A stretch of 64,000 bases of DNA from a virus, in the IMG/VR virus record IMGVR_UViG_3300032893_000006, positions 32,001 to 96,000 of that record; one strand, written 5' to 3'. The position numbers were made by a program, and so were the translations under genes. The number at the start of each line of letters is the position of its first letter. Position 1 is the first letter of the stretch. The notes beneath the pieces were generated by a model. The model did no database searches and was not told the DNA's origin. It saw only the letters and a list, made by a program, of their open reading frames with translations. Positions 52,183 to 63,800 of this stretch are shown one piece after another.

Positions 52183-55100
52183 ATGGACTTTAGAGGATTA
52201 GACCTTACGTCTCCGATCAACCGGCTGAAGTCCGGTTTTGCCGCGATGTGTGTCAACGTCCGCGCCTACTTCAAGGGAGGTTTTCAGATTCGCAATCTCC
52301 TGACCAATGCAATCATAACCGTAGCCGATGCGATTGAAACGATAGCGAGGCTGAACGACACCACTCCTGCCGGACCGGGAAGCGGATACACTTATGTAAT
52401 TGCAGCGGGTACTAAGATTTATGCGGCGTCAACAGGTAGTCCTTCCGCTATTGCGACAGGAATGAGCGGTAACCCAGTCTCCATGGTGCCGTTTCGACCG
52501 AATGCCTCTGTGCAGCCGTGGATGTATATCGGCGACTCTGCCCCGACACCAGCAGGATCGATCACCTATGTAACCATCAGCACAAAATACGCTATAAATG
52601 GCGATGCTACTACCTTCGATTGCTCGTCCATGTTAAAGGTGCGTTCCGATAGCCTGATTTATAAAATGGGAATTGAAGAACCGCAGACAGCACCCGTTGT
52701 TTCAACGACCGGAACAACAACAACCGGAACAGATGCTCTGCCAGCAACTACGGTGCCGTGGACAAACGTTGGCGGAGTCAATCCTTCATATAACTATGGC
52801 CAGACAAGTGGTAGCGACGGAACTTCGCCCGTAATTATTTCAACACCGGCTGGCGCACAAACATTAACTCTGGCAATCACTGGAACTGCCACAGTCAACG
52901 GAGCAACTCACGGTCCCGGCGATACAGGTCCGACTGGATCGAGTTATCCCGCAAACTTTACAGGCGCGGGGCCAACAATTGTCCTTGGGGCCTTTACTGA
53001 CGGCTCAGGAAATGTCCTGACGGGGACTTCTCCTGTGCCTCTTCTCGCGAATGTTGGTTCTGGAATCACGCTTCAGATTCCGGCTGGAGCATCCCAATTT
53101 CAAATCGGCATCGATTCTCACGCTAACACATTCTCAGCCAATTCTGGATCGTTTACTGTCAATTGGACTTTGGTAACGAGCGCCATAGCGACGGTCATCT
53201 CAACCCTTGGAAATGTCACAGTTTATTATTGGGGCGATTCGCCCCATACGGGTCCAGTTGCAGACTACATCTGGAAAAATCCGAATGACACCGGCACGGG
53301 TATTGCGCGCTCAACCGGAACTGCTGCGGGAACGGTAACAAACAATTCGTGGATGTTTGACTCATCGCCAGAGGACGGCACTGTGCCCTTGCTATGGGAC
53401 ACTCTCAACTCCTCCGCTACAATCACCGGATCGATCCCAGTGTTTTCTCCAGCACTTGAGTCGGCTGGATATCAAGACTTCAATATGTGCGTTGTTGGAA
53501 CCATTTTTGTTCCAGCCGCAGGAACCTACGAGTTCACCTTCGTCAACAAAGATCAGATCATGGTTGGTATTGGCGGCGGGGCTACGGTTCCGGGAGGCTA
53601 CGTCACTGGGCAGGTGGGACAGACAGAAACAGTCGTCAATGCTCTACCTTTGATTTATGTCTCAACTCCGAACGGAGCAGGCGGTAAAGTTTTTCAGACG
53701 ATCAGCATCACTTTTCCGGGGTCAGGGTCGTATGAAGTCGAAATTGATTACGACTACTGGTACCACACTGGCCGGTGCCTATACATGCTACTTGGTACAG
53801 TGGCTTCGCTCCCACCGTCTACTTCGAACATTATTCCACCGCTTCCGCAGGGTGTGCGCACTGGAGTCTCCTACGCCTGCAAATATAGGAATTCGCAAAC
53901 CGGAGCAGTGTCCAATCCCGGTCCGACTTCGACTCCGCAGGTAACACCGGTACTAGATAATACGGTGGTCTGCCCATACTCACCCGATCCTCAGGTGGAC
54001 AAGGTTGACTACTATCGTCAGGATTCTGGGCTCGCGAACTATACGTACGTAGCGACCGGACCAAACACCAATCCACCTACTCCGATCACGGATACGTTGA
54101 CCGATCTCGAAGCTGCCGACAACCAAGTGATGGATACAGACGACTACGAGCCATTTCCATCAATTGACTTGCCGCAATCTGGCGTTGTTAATGTGTCAGG
54201 CGGCGTGATCTCATGGGTAAGCGGAAACAAGTTCAATATTCGGTGGCTTGCAGGAACAATCATTGAGATTGGCTACCCAACACAGTTGGCATACAGCTTG
54301 ATCGCGCGGCCAACATCCGACACAACTATTGTCATTCCGGAGGTTCCTGACGGAACAAGCCTGACCTACAACATTCCTGAGCCGATTCTCGCTGCACAGC
54401 CGCTGCCTTATCTATTCGGACCCACCGATAACATCAATTTCGAATACGGCGTCGGCGACCCATTACGCCCGGGGACGCTTTACTGGTCCAAAGGCAGCAA
54501 TCTTGACTCTGCTCCTGATACAAACCAGCTTGACGTGACCGATCCTTCCGAGCCGCTCGTGAACGGAGCAATCAGCGGTGGATTAGGAGTTTTATTCTCA
54601 ATTCGCAGGGCGTGGATCATCGAGCCGAACTACTACAATGCTACGGCTACAGCGCAGGGCGTGTCCGGAACAACATGGAGTCTGCAAGTCTCGCAGATCA
54701 ATCGCGGGCTATTTATGCCACGTTGCGTAGCTGTCGAAGGCTCCGGAAACATATTCTTTCGTGTGGATGATGGCATTCATGTTTCAGTTGCTGGCTTGTC
54801 ATCACAGTCAATTACCGATGAGATGCTCTACCCATTATTCCCTCATGAAGGTTCTGCGCCCCAAGCAATTGTCCGTAATGGCGTAACAATCTATCCCCCG
54901 GACGATACGAATCCAGAAGCGCAAAAGTTCGCCATTCAAAACGGTTATCTGTATTACGACTACGGCTATAGCTACGAAGCGCCAGTCGTAACCGATGTCT
55001 CGTTTATCCCGGAAAGTGCTACATCTGCTGGCGATGGAATTGCATGGGCTAATCCTAGTTCTGCGACAGCAGGATCACTGCCTGCGGTAGCAAACGTTAC

Positions 55101-56790
55101 CGGCTTCAGCATTTCTTCAAATGTAGTGACGTTCATCGCCAACAACGCTTTTGAGTCTGGTCAGTACGTGGTTTTGGCAACAACCGATGCGCTTTTCTTG
55201 AATGGACTCACGGTTCAAATCATCTCTACCGGACTCAGCAATACTCAGTTTGAGTTCAATTTCCCATGGTCCGATACTTCTCTTAGCGCTGAATCTGGTA
55301 CGGCGACTCCCGTTGCAAATAACTTTGCATCCGTGACCGAACCGGCTATTCCTTTTTCACTTAATGCGGGCGAATCTATTGCATGGTCGCTTCCAACCAC
55401 TTTCAGCACTCCTGAGGTTGATGGAACAAACTTTGCGGCGGCGGAGGCTGGTGCGGCGGCATCTGCGTGGCAGCAGGGTGGAGCATTTGGAACTTCAAGT
55501 GGAAGCCCGTTCCTTGCGACGGTTGGATGTAGCTGGTCTGGATTTCAAGCGCCTTCTCTTCCTGCCGGTGCGACAATTTCTCGCATTTACCCTGTTTTTT
55601 ATGCGACCGGGCAGGTGTTATCGAACAGCGTTGCTGTGAATTACAGCGCGAGCATCACTAGCGGTCAGGTTTGGAGCGGCAGCATCCTACTTGGTTCGTT
55701 TTCTCAGCAATATACTGCTCCGGATGCATCGAAATCTCTTGGAAATACGCTCGCTATCGTATCGCAGGCGGAATTGGATATTACTGTTAAATCAACGGAC
55801 TATGCGCCGGGAACGATCACCAGTGCCGCAGCAATAAGTCAGGTTGCTTTGGCTGTATATTACACGCTATCCGGGACTCCACCACCAGCAGGACAAACGC
55901 AAACGTTAGAGCTAACTGGTACTGGGTTAAGCTTGCCAAGCGGCGCTGTTGTGACTGGCATCGCCGTCAATTTCGATAGCGGGATGGCTTTTGGAACTGT
56001 CACTTCTGCAAATGTTCAACTGACAGTATCCGGATCGCCGGTTGGTAACGCCAAAACTTATACTCCGTCGACATGGCCGACCGCATCTTCACTTGGTAGC
56101 AGTAGTGATTTGTGGGGACAAGGCAGTATGTCCGGCGCAGACGCAAACAACATGGGAGTAAATGTGTCCGCGCTTCTCACCTCGGATTCACAATTGAATC
56201 TGAATGGAATGTCGGTCACTGTTTATTACGAGACCACAGAACCGGCTGAGGGCAACGCGACTTTAGTTTTTGATATTGCAGCTAAAGGTTGGGAGCTTGA
56301 TCTCTATACTGGAACGCAGCCAGTGAGTCATGCGCCAAATGAAGGACAAAGCCAGCAAGGCATCCTTGTCGGTTGTGCTGATGGTACCGTGCGCATGATG
56401 CAGAGCAGCGGCACTGAAACTGTAACCGGAAAGGTTCTTTCGCCTGCCATTGGTGGAGCGGGATGGCAACACATCAAGGAATATACATTGGAATACAGTT
56501 CCAATTCGTCAATCACCGTTACACCAATCGTAGCCGACGCAAATAATGGAAGCTATGCGCCAAGCCCGATTACGTTGCCTTCAACAGGAGGAACGCCAAC
56601 AAAACTTCATGGCTTGTGGGGAGCGAATAAGTTCAAGCTTATGCAATTCGAGATCGATATCACAAACGATCTTTCCGCTCAGGTGTATCTCGACGGCGTT
56701 TCAATTCAGATAAAATCTTGGGGAGCGAATTCTGTCTATCAGCCTGTAAATCCATTCGGTGAGCAAGGTGGTTACGGAGGACAGCCATGA
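52183..56790 (+). CDS. Large tail protein (nozzle/stabilisation-like) with an inserted PA14-like domain
   Basis: FRGLDL N-terminus and LYWSK motif typical of podoviral tubular B proteins; GTIFVPAAGTYEF..DQ..YEVEIDY. Confidence 0.6.
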   Translation: MDFRGLDLTSPINRLKSGFAAMCVNVRAYFKGGFQIRNLLTNAIITVADAIETIARLNDTTPAGPGSGYTYVIAAGTKIYAASTGSPSAIATGMSGNPVSMVPFRPNASVQPWMYIGDSAPTPAGSITYVTISTKYAINGDATTFDCSSMLKVRSDSLIYKMGIEEPQTAPVVSTTGTTTTGTDALPATTVPWTNVGGVNPSYNYGQTSGSDGTSPVIISTPAGAQTLTLAITGTATVNGATHGPGDTGPTGSSYPANFTGAGPTIVLGAFTDGSGNVLTGTSPVPLLANVGSGITLQIPAGASQFQIGIDSHANTFSANSGSFTVNWTLVTSAIATVISTLGNVTVYYWGDSPHTGPVADYIWKNPNDTGTGIARSTGTAAGTVTNNSWMFDSSPEDGTVPLLWDTLNSSATITGSIPVFSPALESAGYQDFNMCVVGTIFVPAAGTYEFTFVNKDQIMVGIGGGATVPGGYVTGQVGQTETVVNALPLIYVSTPNGAGGKVFQTISITFPGSGSYEVEIDYDYWYHTGRCLYMLLGTVASLPPSTSNIIPPLPQGVRTGVSYACKYRNSQTGAVSNPGPTSTPQVTPVLDNTVVCPYSPDPQVDKVDYYRQDSGLANYTYVATGPNTNPPTPITDTLTDLEAADNQVMDTDDYEPFPSIDLPQSGVVNVSGGVISWVSGNKFNIRWLAGTIIEIGYPTQLAYSLIARPTSDTTIVIPEVPDGTSLTYNIPEPILAAQPLPYLFGPTDNINFEYGVGDPLRPGTLYWSKGSNLDSAPDTNQLDVTDPSEPLVNGAISGGLGVLFSIRRAWIIEPNYYNATATAQGVSGTTWSLQVSQINRGLFMPRCVAVEGSGNIFFRVDDGIHVSVAGLSSQSITDEMLYPLFPHEGSAPQAIVRNGVTIYPPDDTNPEAQKFAIQNGYLYYDYGYSYEAPVVTDVSFIPESATSAGDGIAWANPSSATAGSLPAVANVTGFSISSNVVTFIANNAFESGQYVVLATTDALFLNGLTVQIISTGLSNTQFEFNFPWSDTSLSAESGTATPVANNFASVTEPAIPFSLNAGESIAWSLPTTFSTPEVDGTNFAAAEAGAAASAWQQGGAFGTSSGSPFLATVGCSWSGFQAPSLPAGATISRIYPVFYATGQVLSNSVAVNYSASITSGQVWSGSILLGSFSQQYTAPDASKSLGNTLAIVSQAELDITVKSTDYAPGTITSAAAISQVALAVYYTLSGTPPPAGQTQTLELTGTGLSLPSGAVVTGIAVNFDSGMAFGTVTSANVQLTVSGSPVGNAKTYTPSTWPTASSLGSSSDLWGQGSMSGADANNMGVNVSALLTSDSQLNLNGMSVTVYYETTEPAEGNATLVFDIAAKGWELDLYTGTQPVSHAPNEGQSQQGILVGCADGTVRMMQSSGTETVTGKVLSPAIGGAGWQHIKEYTLEYSSNSSITVTPIVADANNGSYAPSPITLPSTGGTPTKLHGLWGANKFKLMQFEIDITNDLSAQVYLDGVSIQIKSWGANSVYQPVNPFGEQGGYGGQP

Positions 56791-56948
56791 AGTATGGAAG
56801 CATAACTTCTCGTCGTTGCGCACGTTGCCTGACCATAGGTACCGGGCAACTCGCGAATGGAATCTGTGTGAAGTGTTACGAGTGGCAAAAGAAGAATCCA
56901 GAGAAGAAGATCAAATTGCCGGTCGTTGTTAAGCCGAGGGTCTCGTGA
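56787..56948 (+). CDS. Small zinc-binding protein (CARC...CVKC)
   Basis: Hand-translated 53 aa, coupled at both ends. Confidence 0.5.
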   Translation: MKYGSITSRRCARCLTIGTGQLANGICVKCYEWQKKNPEKKIKLPVVVKPRVS

Positions 56949-58117
56949 GTTCTAATCCTCTAGTTTCGTCATTTCGTTTCGTCAACTCTATTCCGGAGGG
57001 CGCGGCGCATCCAACTGTCGTGAAGGCGCTGCGTGATCTTACCAATAGCACCACCGATCTTCAAACCTCAATTCCTCTTCTCCAGAAGCAATTAGATGAC
57101 TTGAAAACGAGCACGACCACAGCCGCATCCACACAGACCATCGTAGAAAATATCACGCAGAATCCATTTGCCGGACTGGGTAGCGTGAATAACGAATCAT
57201 CGGAAACCTCCTATACCACTCAAACTTCCGACAACGGAATCCTGCTGATTTTCTCAGATGCCTCGGCGGTCGCGGTTACGTTAAATTTTGCCGTGTCGGC
57301 ACCATGGTTTTGCTTTGCGGTGAATTGGGGCGCTGGCGTTGTCACCTTTACTCCACAGTCTGGAAACATTTCCTATATTGGGAACCTCGCCGCGTCGTCG
57401 ATGCCCTTAACTAAGGGCTACCTGACGATGATCGTCTTTGACGGAACAAACTTTTGGGCCGCTACGCTCCCGACTGTTCCCCAGACGTTCAACGCCATCA
57501 CTCACGAGTTCCTGATCTCTTACGATGCGACGACAGGGCTCTTTACAGCGGCGCAGCCTGCTTTTACCGACATCAGCGGTACGGCAACTTCATCTCAAGG
57601 AGGCACTGGCATAAACTCTTCGGCGTCGACCGGGGTAGCTCAGGTCAGTGCCGGTACGTGGTCCATCTCGGCAGCGTTAGCCAATGGAACAACCGGCACA
57701 ACGCAAACAGCAAATGATAACTCCACCAAGGTCGCGACGACGGCTTATGTGGATGGCACTTTGCCACGCGTTAAGGCTTCAACTACACTTACCGGACAGA
57801 CTGGAGCAATCGGCACAACCGCCATTTATACACCATCCGCTGCAGGCTCTTACCGCGTCACGTTTGTCTTGTGGATAACAACTGTGGGAACAGGAGGCAC
57901 GATCAGTGCAACGGCCTCATCAAATAACGGCGCTGGTGGATCATCGAACTTTTATGGAACAAGCGGTGCGAGCACGACGGTACTGGGGGCGCAGGTGCAA
58001 GCTGCTTTGATGTTTCACGTTGCTGCAGGTCAGGCGATCAACTACTCGACTTCCTTTAGTTCAGTCACCGGAAGTCCTGTTTACAGCTTAGATATCATTG
58101 TGGAGCAACTGAAGTAG
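56945..58117 (+). CDS. Tail fibre-like protein
   Basis: N-terminal coiled coil, Thr/Gly-rich shaft, NSTKVATTAYV motif, beta-rich tip. Confidence 0.7.
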   Translation: MSSNPLVSSFRFVNSIPEGAAHPTVVKALRDLTNSTTDLQTSIPLLQKQLDDLKTSTTTAASTQTIVENITQNPFAGLGSVNNESSETSYTTQTSDNGILLIFSDASAVAVTLNFAVSAPWFCFAVNWGAGVVTFTPQSGNISYIGNLAASSMPLTKGYLTMIVFDGTNFWAATLPTVPQTFNAITHEFLISYDATTGLFTAAQPAFTDISGTATSSQGGTGINSSASTGVAQVSAGTWSISAALANGTTGTTQTANDNSTKVATTAYVDGTLPRVKASTTLTGQTGAIGTTAIYTPSAAGSYRVTFVLWITTVGTGGTISATASSNNGAGGSSNFYGTSGASTTVLGAQVQAALMFHVAAGQAINYSTSFSSVTGSPVYSLDIIVEQLK

Positions 58118-58123
58118 TGGGAA

Positions 58124-58139
58124 TGTTCCACGTGAAACG
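58124..58139. promoter_or_regulatory. parS: parS-type palindrome, second copy
   Basis: TGTTCCACGTGAAACG, intergenic; 58125-58146 is the exact reverse complement of 12544-12565. Confidence 0.8.
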
Positions 58140-58221
58140 CTGCGCTTTTCTTTTAAGTTCTCAGAGGTTCGAAATGGTTGTAAAATTTCTACAGTTTCCA
58201 GCATGAACGCCCGGGAGCGTC

Positions 58222-58767
58222 ATGGGAAAGGGCGCTCCCGTGTCTTGGCTTAGCTCTATTTTTGGCGGTCAAAATCCGACCCTGAATCAAAATATCAATC
58301 AGACCGGCCAGATTGCTGGCTTTGCAACCGGTCTCGGTCAAGGTGCGCTCACAAGCGGTACCAACTGGATGCAAAACATTGTCTCCGGAGACCCCTCGAA
58401 GATCGCGCAATCTCTCGCTCCAGAGATTTCGGCGCAGCAGGGTGGGATCAGCCAACAAAAGAAGCAACTGGCTGAGTTTGGATCGCGCTCTGGTGGTACA
58501 GCATCTGCAGCCTCGAACTTGGATTCTCAGGGCCGTGGCAACATCATCAATCTTGTGGGTGGTTTGCAATCCCAAACCGCAGGAAATCTAGCAAATGTAG
58601 GATCGAGCCTTTTGAACACCGGGCTCAATGCCACCACAACACAAGCCGATCTGTCACAAGAACGGATGCAGAACTGGGCGAACTCGATTTTTGGTGGTGC
58701 GCTGACGGGCGGCGCGGGTATCGGTCTAGGAAAACTGGCGAAAATCGCCGGTCTTTCCCTTGGGTAA
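58222..58767 (+). CDS. Internal virion/DNA ejection protein (Gly/Ala/Gln-rich)
   Basis: Composition and position typical of podoviral pilot proteins. Confidence 0.65.
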   Translation: MGKGAPVSWLSSIFGGQNPTLNQNINQTGQIAGFATGLGQGALTSGTNWMQNIVSGDPSKIAQSLAPEISAQQGGISQQKKQLAEFGSRSGGTASAASNLDSQGRGNIINLVGGLQSQTAGNLANVGSSLLNTGLNATTTQADLSQERMQNWANSIFGGALTGGAGIGLGKLAKIAGLSLG

Positions 58768-58782
58768 ACATTAGGAGTGTAG

Positions 58783-60873
58783 ATGGCGACACCGGGACAA
58801 TTTGTTGAGCAGGCGATGCTGTCTGGATGGGAGCAGGGCGCTGGTGAAAAGGATGCGCATAAAGAGCAGGAGCGTCAGCAGAAAATCACCGATTTGCTAG
58901 ACCAGCGCGATGCACTGAAGTCAAAGTACGCCGCAACACTCGATGAAAAGGGTCAGCCGACTGACGCGACGTCGGCGATCAACCAGAGCATCCTTGCAAA
59001 TCAGGCTGCAATTCGCGAATTTTACCATCCTGATAAGAATCCCGGCGCGATTGCGAAGTATGGCCGTCTGCTTATGGAGCGGATGCACATGGTCAAGCCA
59101 CAACCGACCATAAATATTCCTTCGCAGTCAAGCGTTCCGCTGCCGCAAGATAGCTCAGTCTCGCTCGATGCGCTTCCGGCATACTCTCAGGCAACGGCTT
59201 CAAAAGATGCGTCCGGACAGACGCACCCTTCGAATGTGGCGCAACCGGGCGTTGCGGCATCGACAGTTTCAATGTCCTCTCCACCGGCTGCAACCGAGAC
59301 GATGGTGATTGCAAATCCCAAAGGGCTTGTAGCACCGGGAAATCTGCCGATTTGGAATCGCCCCCTGATTCAGAATGCGGACGGAACTCACAGCAGCGAC
59401 TATTCGGTCTCGTTCTCGAACGACAAGGGACAGGAGGTTCTTGTTCCGACGATTGTCGACGGAAAATTCCTCACTCCTGATGGCAAAAAGCCACCTGAGG
59501 GCAGCAAAGAAGAAAAGATGATGTTCGCCCGGGCGTGGCAGCATTACCTAAAGACCGGCCAGAACTTTGGCACCTTCGACAGCCCGGAAAACGCGGACCA
59601 GTACGCACAGCAGCTTCATGGACGCGGCCAGCGTCCGGGCACACTACCCACGGGACCACAAACGACCGTTTCTGGCCAACCGCTCACCGAAAGCCAGCGT
59701 GCGCACATGTTGAAGAATCAAGCTGCTGACAAGGCTGGTGCGGCTGGCGTTGAGGCAGGCGCACCAATGTCTCCCGCGCAGACAGCAGCGATTCAACGCG
59801 GCATCAATGCGGCTGACATGCAGGCCGATCTCGATCAGAAGATGGCGGCGTTCGACAAGCTCTATCCACACGCTACCGAAGAGCGGAGATCGCAGTACCG
59901 GGACATGGTTGCTGAAACCATGTTGGGTATCAAGCCAAGTCAGGAAGTCGGCAAGTGGATTCAGATGCCCGGAAAAGTTAACGGCCAGCCGGTTACTTTG
60001 CTCTACAACGAAAAGGACGGCACCTACAAGACACAAACCGGCGAAGAAGTACCGGCAGAAGTTCTGCAGAATTTCATCGCCGATCCGAAGCAGACAAAGA
60101 TGTCGGCGAACGACCGTTTGTGGGATGCTTATGCGGCTTCGCTAGGCAAGACGATGGATCAGTTAACCATGGCCGACAAACCCGGCTTCGAAACATGGCT
60201 GAACAAGATGAAAGCTCGTTCGACGACGAGACAAGTCGCGGTTCCTGATCGTGATGGCAACGTTCATATCATCGACCTCACGAGCATGTCGAGTCCTGTC
60301 GAAATTCTTTCTCCTCAGGTTCCAGCGCCTGCGGCACCTACAGCGCCGAGCGCGCCACAGGGCGCAGGCGGAGCACCAACACCGCCGCGTCTACCGCACA
60401 CCCCTTCTGGAAATATCGGCAACAAGCCGCGCGCACAAGTGAAGAACGATGTGATCCTTAATTTCAAAAAAGCAACGCCGGATTACACGAAAGCGAAGAA
60501 CACATACGAGGATGCCAATCGAATCGCAGCTTTGGGGGATAAGTGGATTCAAGCGCCAAGCTCGGAAGCTGACGGCCAGTTTGTTCTCTCTCTGATTCGT
60601 TCGGAGGCTGGCCGCGTCAATGCACAGGAGATTGCACAAGTCTTCCAAGCTGGTGGTATCTCAGAGGCCCCCGAACGTTGGGCGAGCAAGGTGGGTCATG
60701 GCGAACTATCTCCGGAACTACGGAAACAACTGCTTGACTTTGTTCACATGCAACGCGATGCCGCCAAACAAGCTCTCGACTCGCTGGACAATTCGCAGGG
60801 GTCAGGAGCAGGGCAGAGCGGTGATTTTTGGTCGCAACTCCCCGACCATAATCCAACTACCGGGGTGCGTTAA
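58783..60873 (+). CDS. Internal virion/DNA ejection protein
   Basis: Helical low-complexity protein containing a GNLPIWNRPLIQNADG..EVLVPT..YLKTGQNFG..YAQQLH module. Confidence 0.6.
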   Translation: MATPGQFVEQAMLSGWEQGAGEKDAHKEQERQQKITDLLDQRDALKSKYAATLDEKGQPTDATSAINQSILANQAAIREFYHPDKNPGAIAKYGRLLMERMHMVKPQPTINIPSQSSVPLPQDSSVSLDALPAYSQATASKDASGQTHPSNVAQPGVAASTVSMSSPPAATETMVIANPKGLVAPGNLPIWNRPLIQNADGTHSSDYSVSFSNDKGQEVLVPTIVDGKFLTPDGKKPPEGSKEEKMMFARAWQHYLKTGQNFGTFDSPENADQYAQQLHGRGQRPGTLPTGPQTTVSGQPLTESQRAHMLKNQAADKAGAAGVEAGAPMSPAQTAAIQRGINAADMQADLDQKMAAFDKLYPHATEERRSQYRDMVAETMLGIKPSQEVGKWIQMPGKVNGQPVTLLYNEKDGTYKTQTGEEVPAEVLQNFIADPKQTKMSANDRLWDAYAASLGKTMDQLTMADKPGFETWLNKMKARSTTRQVAVPDRDGNVHIIDLTSMSSPVEILSPQVPAPAAPTAPSAPQGAGGAPTPPRLPHTPSGNIGNKPRAQVKNDVILNFKKATPDYTKAKNTYEDANRIAALGDKWIQAPSSEADGQFVLSLIRSEAGRVNAQEIAQVFQAGGISEAPERWASKVGHGELSPELRKQLLDFVHMQRDAAKQALDSLDNSQGSGAGQSGDFWSQLPDHNPTTGVR

Positions 60874-63800
60874 TGCCTGACGGTACAATGTTGTTTTTTT
60901 CTCCTGACGGAAAAGTGAAAGAGGTCCCGTCTTCACTGGCCGACAAGGCACTTGCGAATGGTGGTGAGCGTGCAATTGTCTTCAATGCTCCTAATGGAAA
61001 GCAGAAGTTGGTTCCGCAGAGCAAGGTGAAAGACGCGCTCGACAATGGTGGCTACGTCGCAAACGCTTCAGACCTTACCGTCCACACCGGAGAAGGTGTC
61101 TACAAGATGGTTGGACAGGGTGGCAAAGCCATTTCTGTCCCGTATAGCCTGATCGGCAGTGCGTCGAAGATCGGCTATGTGATGGACCCATCCGAGCGCA
61201 AAAGATATACGCAAGATGCTGCCGCTGACCCACGGCTAAACAGCAACCAACATCTTCTACCGGGAGTAAAAGCGGTTGGACGCAATACTGCTGGCCAGAC
61301 AGTGTACGCCGGAGAGTCCGGAACAGATCAAAAGACCAGCGCGTCGTCTCGATTCCTGTCAAGCGCAGGAGGAGCCGTTTCCGGGGCAGCAAAGGGGCTT
61401 TACCACGGCATTGTTGAGGGTCCACAAAACCCACACGAAGCTGCCATGATGGGTGAAGGCCCGGGCGAGAGTCCGGAGTGGCGCGATCCGATCCTTGGAC
61501 GATTAACCATGGTGCTCGATAGGCTTCTCGTTCAACCATCGGTTGTGCAGGCACAACAAGCCGTCGATGAGATGAAGAAAGCGAACGCGGCGACGCCGTG
61601 GTATTCATTTGCGCCGAACGGCGAAGCAAAAGAGCATCGCCAGCTTGCTGCCGGTCATGCGCTTGCGGCGGCAGTGCCCGGTGTTGGGCCATGGGCCGCG
61701 CAGGTTGGTGAGCAGATCGGCCAGCAGATTGGCACTGGCGACGTCGCCGGTGCAGCCGGAACGCTCGCAGGCAATGTGGCAATCTACGAAGCGCCGCACG
61801 CTATCGGCAAGACGGCGAAATTTACCTTCGGTGTGCCAAAGTCGACCATGGATGCAGTGACTGAAACGACGCCTCGCGACATTCGCGAAATGGCAGAGAA
61901 GGTTGCCGAAGAGAACGAGGCGGCGCGCAAGAAAGCTGCTGACGACTACGCGAAGGCTCAGGAAACATATAAGCAAAAGAAAGCTGAAGCAGAACATGAG
62001 ACTCGCGGTCGTGAGATCGGACACAAGTACGACGTCAAGCAGAAGGCGAAGCAGGGCGTTGAGAATTACCGCAAAGAAGCTGCCGACGTTGCCGAGCACA
62101 ACGCCCGCGTCTGGAAGAAGACCTCCGAGGCTTATAAGTCGGAATTGGACAAGGTCCGCGACGACAACAAGCGGGTCACAGACAAATACGACGCCGAGCG
62201 CAGCCGCATTGAAGACGAGAACAAGGCCGCAGAGCATCTGCTGGAGATGCGTCGTGCCGAAGAAGATGCTCTCGAAAAAGAGACAGAAGAATACTACGCC
62301 AAAGAAGATGCGGAAAAGGCTAAAGCGAAGGATGCGGAGAATGCTGCGTGGGAACCGTGGCATAAAAAGATGGATGAGGTTCCGGTTGATATCGGACCTG
62401 TTCAGGCAAAACTGAAGCCGATTCTGGACGTATCTCCTGAAGCTCGTCGTGCGATGTCTCAACTTACTCCTGACCCGGCTGATGTTGAGCCGGATTCCTT
62501 GTTTGCACAGGATCGCAAAGTTGTCATGGCGCAACAAGGCTACACTGGCGATTACTGGGATTTGCCACCAGATAGAAGAGCTATCATCGATCAGATCACC
62601 TCTTCAAACGGCTTCCAGCCAGAGCCAATTGATCTCAATCCGCAGGGTGGTGGAACGATACCGCTGAAAATTATTCAGCGCGCTCAATCGATCATTGGAA
62701 GAAATATCGCCAAAGGCCGCTACGAAGGCCCGCTGCTTGGCGAGATGAAGCAGATACAGGCTGCTCTTCGTGGCGTCGTCACAACTGAGTCGGCGGCACA
62801 TGGCGCTGCGTCGCTTCTCGATTCGGCGCGCAAAGCTACGATTGACTATCAGGAAGCATTTGGGCGCGAGCGCCCGTCGCCGAAGACGCTCGATAAGATT
62901 CGCCAGAAGGGAGCCAACCCTGAGGAGTTCAAGGAGCGTGAGGAGGAAGAGCGCTTGGCTGGCGCGGCGAAATTATCTCCGGAGCTTGTCGAGGCGTACA
63001 AGAAAGTCAAGGCGCGCCGCGAAGCATTGAAGGCAATGAAGACAGAAGACCAGCTTCGCAAATCGATTCAGCAGGTACCACCGCCTCCGACCGTAGGCGA
63101 TCTGCGCCCCGGCTACAATCTCAAACCGAATCCGGTGTACCAGCTTCCGACCGTAGGCGATCTGCGTTCTGGATATGCTTTGAAACCTGAGCCGCAGATG
63201 CCTGCGGCTGGTGCCGCTATTGAAGAAGTGAAGCAGCCGGAACGTGTGCCCGTGCCCGAGGAACCATCGAACGAACCACCTCCACAAAAAACTATTTCCG
63301 GCGAAGATATCACCAAAGAAAAAGAGAAAAGAATCCGGGCGCAAGCAAGAGAACTCAGGAAGACTGGTTTACGCCGCGCGATGTATGCGACACTCACCGG
63401 CTTGCCTTTTGCAGTGATCGAGCTATTCACTCGCGCTGGCGCGACAGGTGCCGGTGAAGCGGCAATTGGTGGCCTTGCTGCCGGTGGAGTTGTACTCGCT
63501 GGATCGCAGATTATTGCAAACCTTGTTGAGAAGCCTGCGGTGAAGGCGTGGCTCTCACAGATCACTCCAAAAGATGCTGAGATGTGGTCGAAACTCCCTC
63601 CAGAGCAGAAAGCGCTTTTCACAGAAGACATGAAGGCGATTCTTGATGCGGCAGATAAAAGGAAGATTCCAGTATCGCCCATTTTTCGTGCGTTCGTTTC
63701 CGGTACTGCCGGTGCACAGCAGACGACGCCTGAGGAACTTAAACAAAAGGCGGCGCAATACTGGCGGCAAATTCAATCGCAGCAGGCGACACCGACCGGA

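Noticed and set aside
58015-58030. Third parS-like site TGTTTCACGTTGCTGC
   Set aside because: Only a half-site, and it lies in coding sequence.
63086-63200. 20-aa tandem repeat PTVGDLR in the ejection protein
   Set aside because: Real, but a two-copy intragenic duplication in a Pro-rich linker is ordinary.
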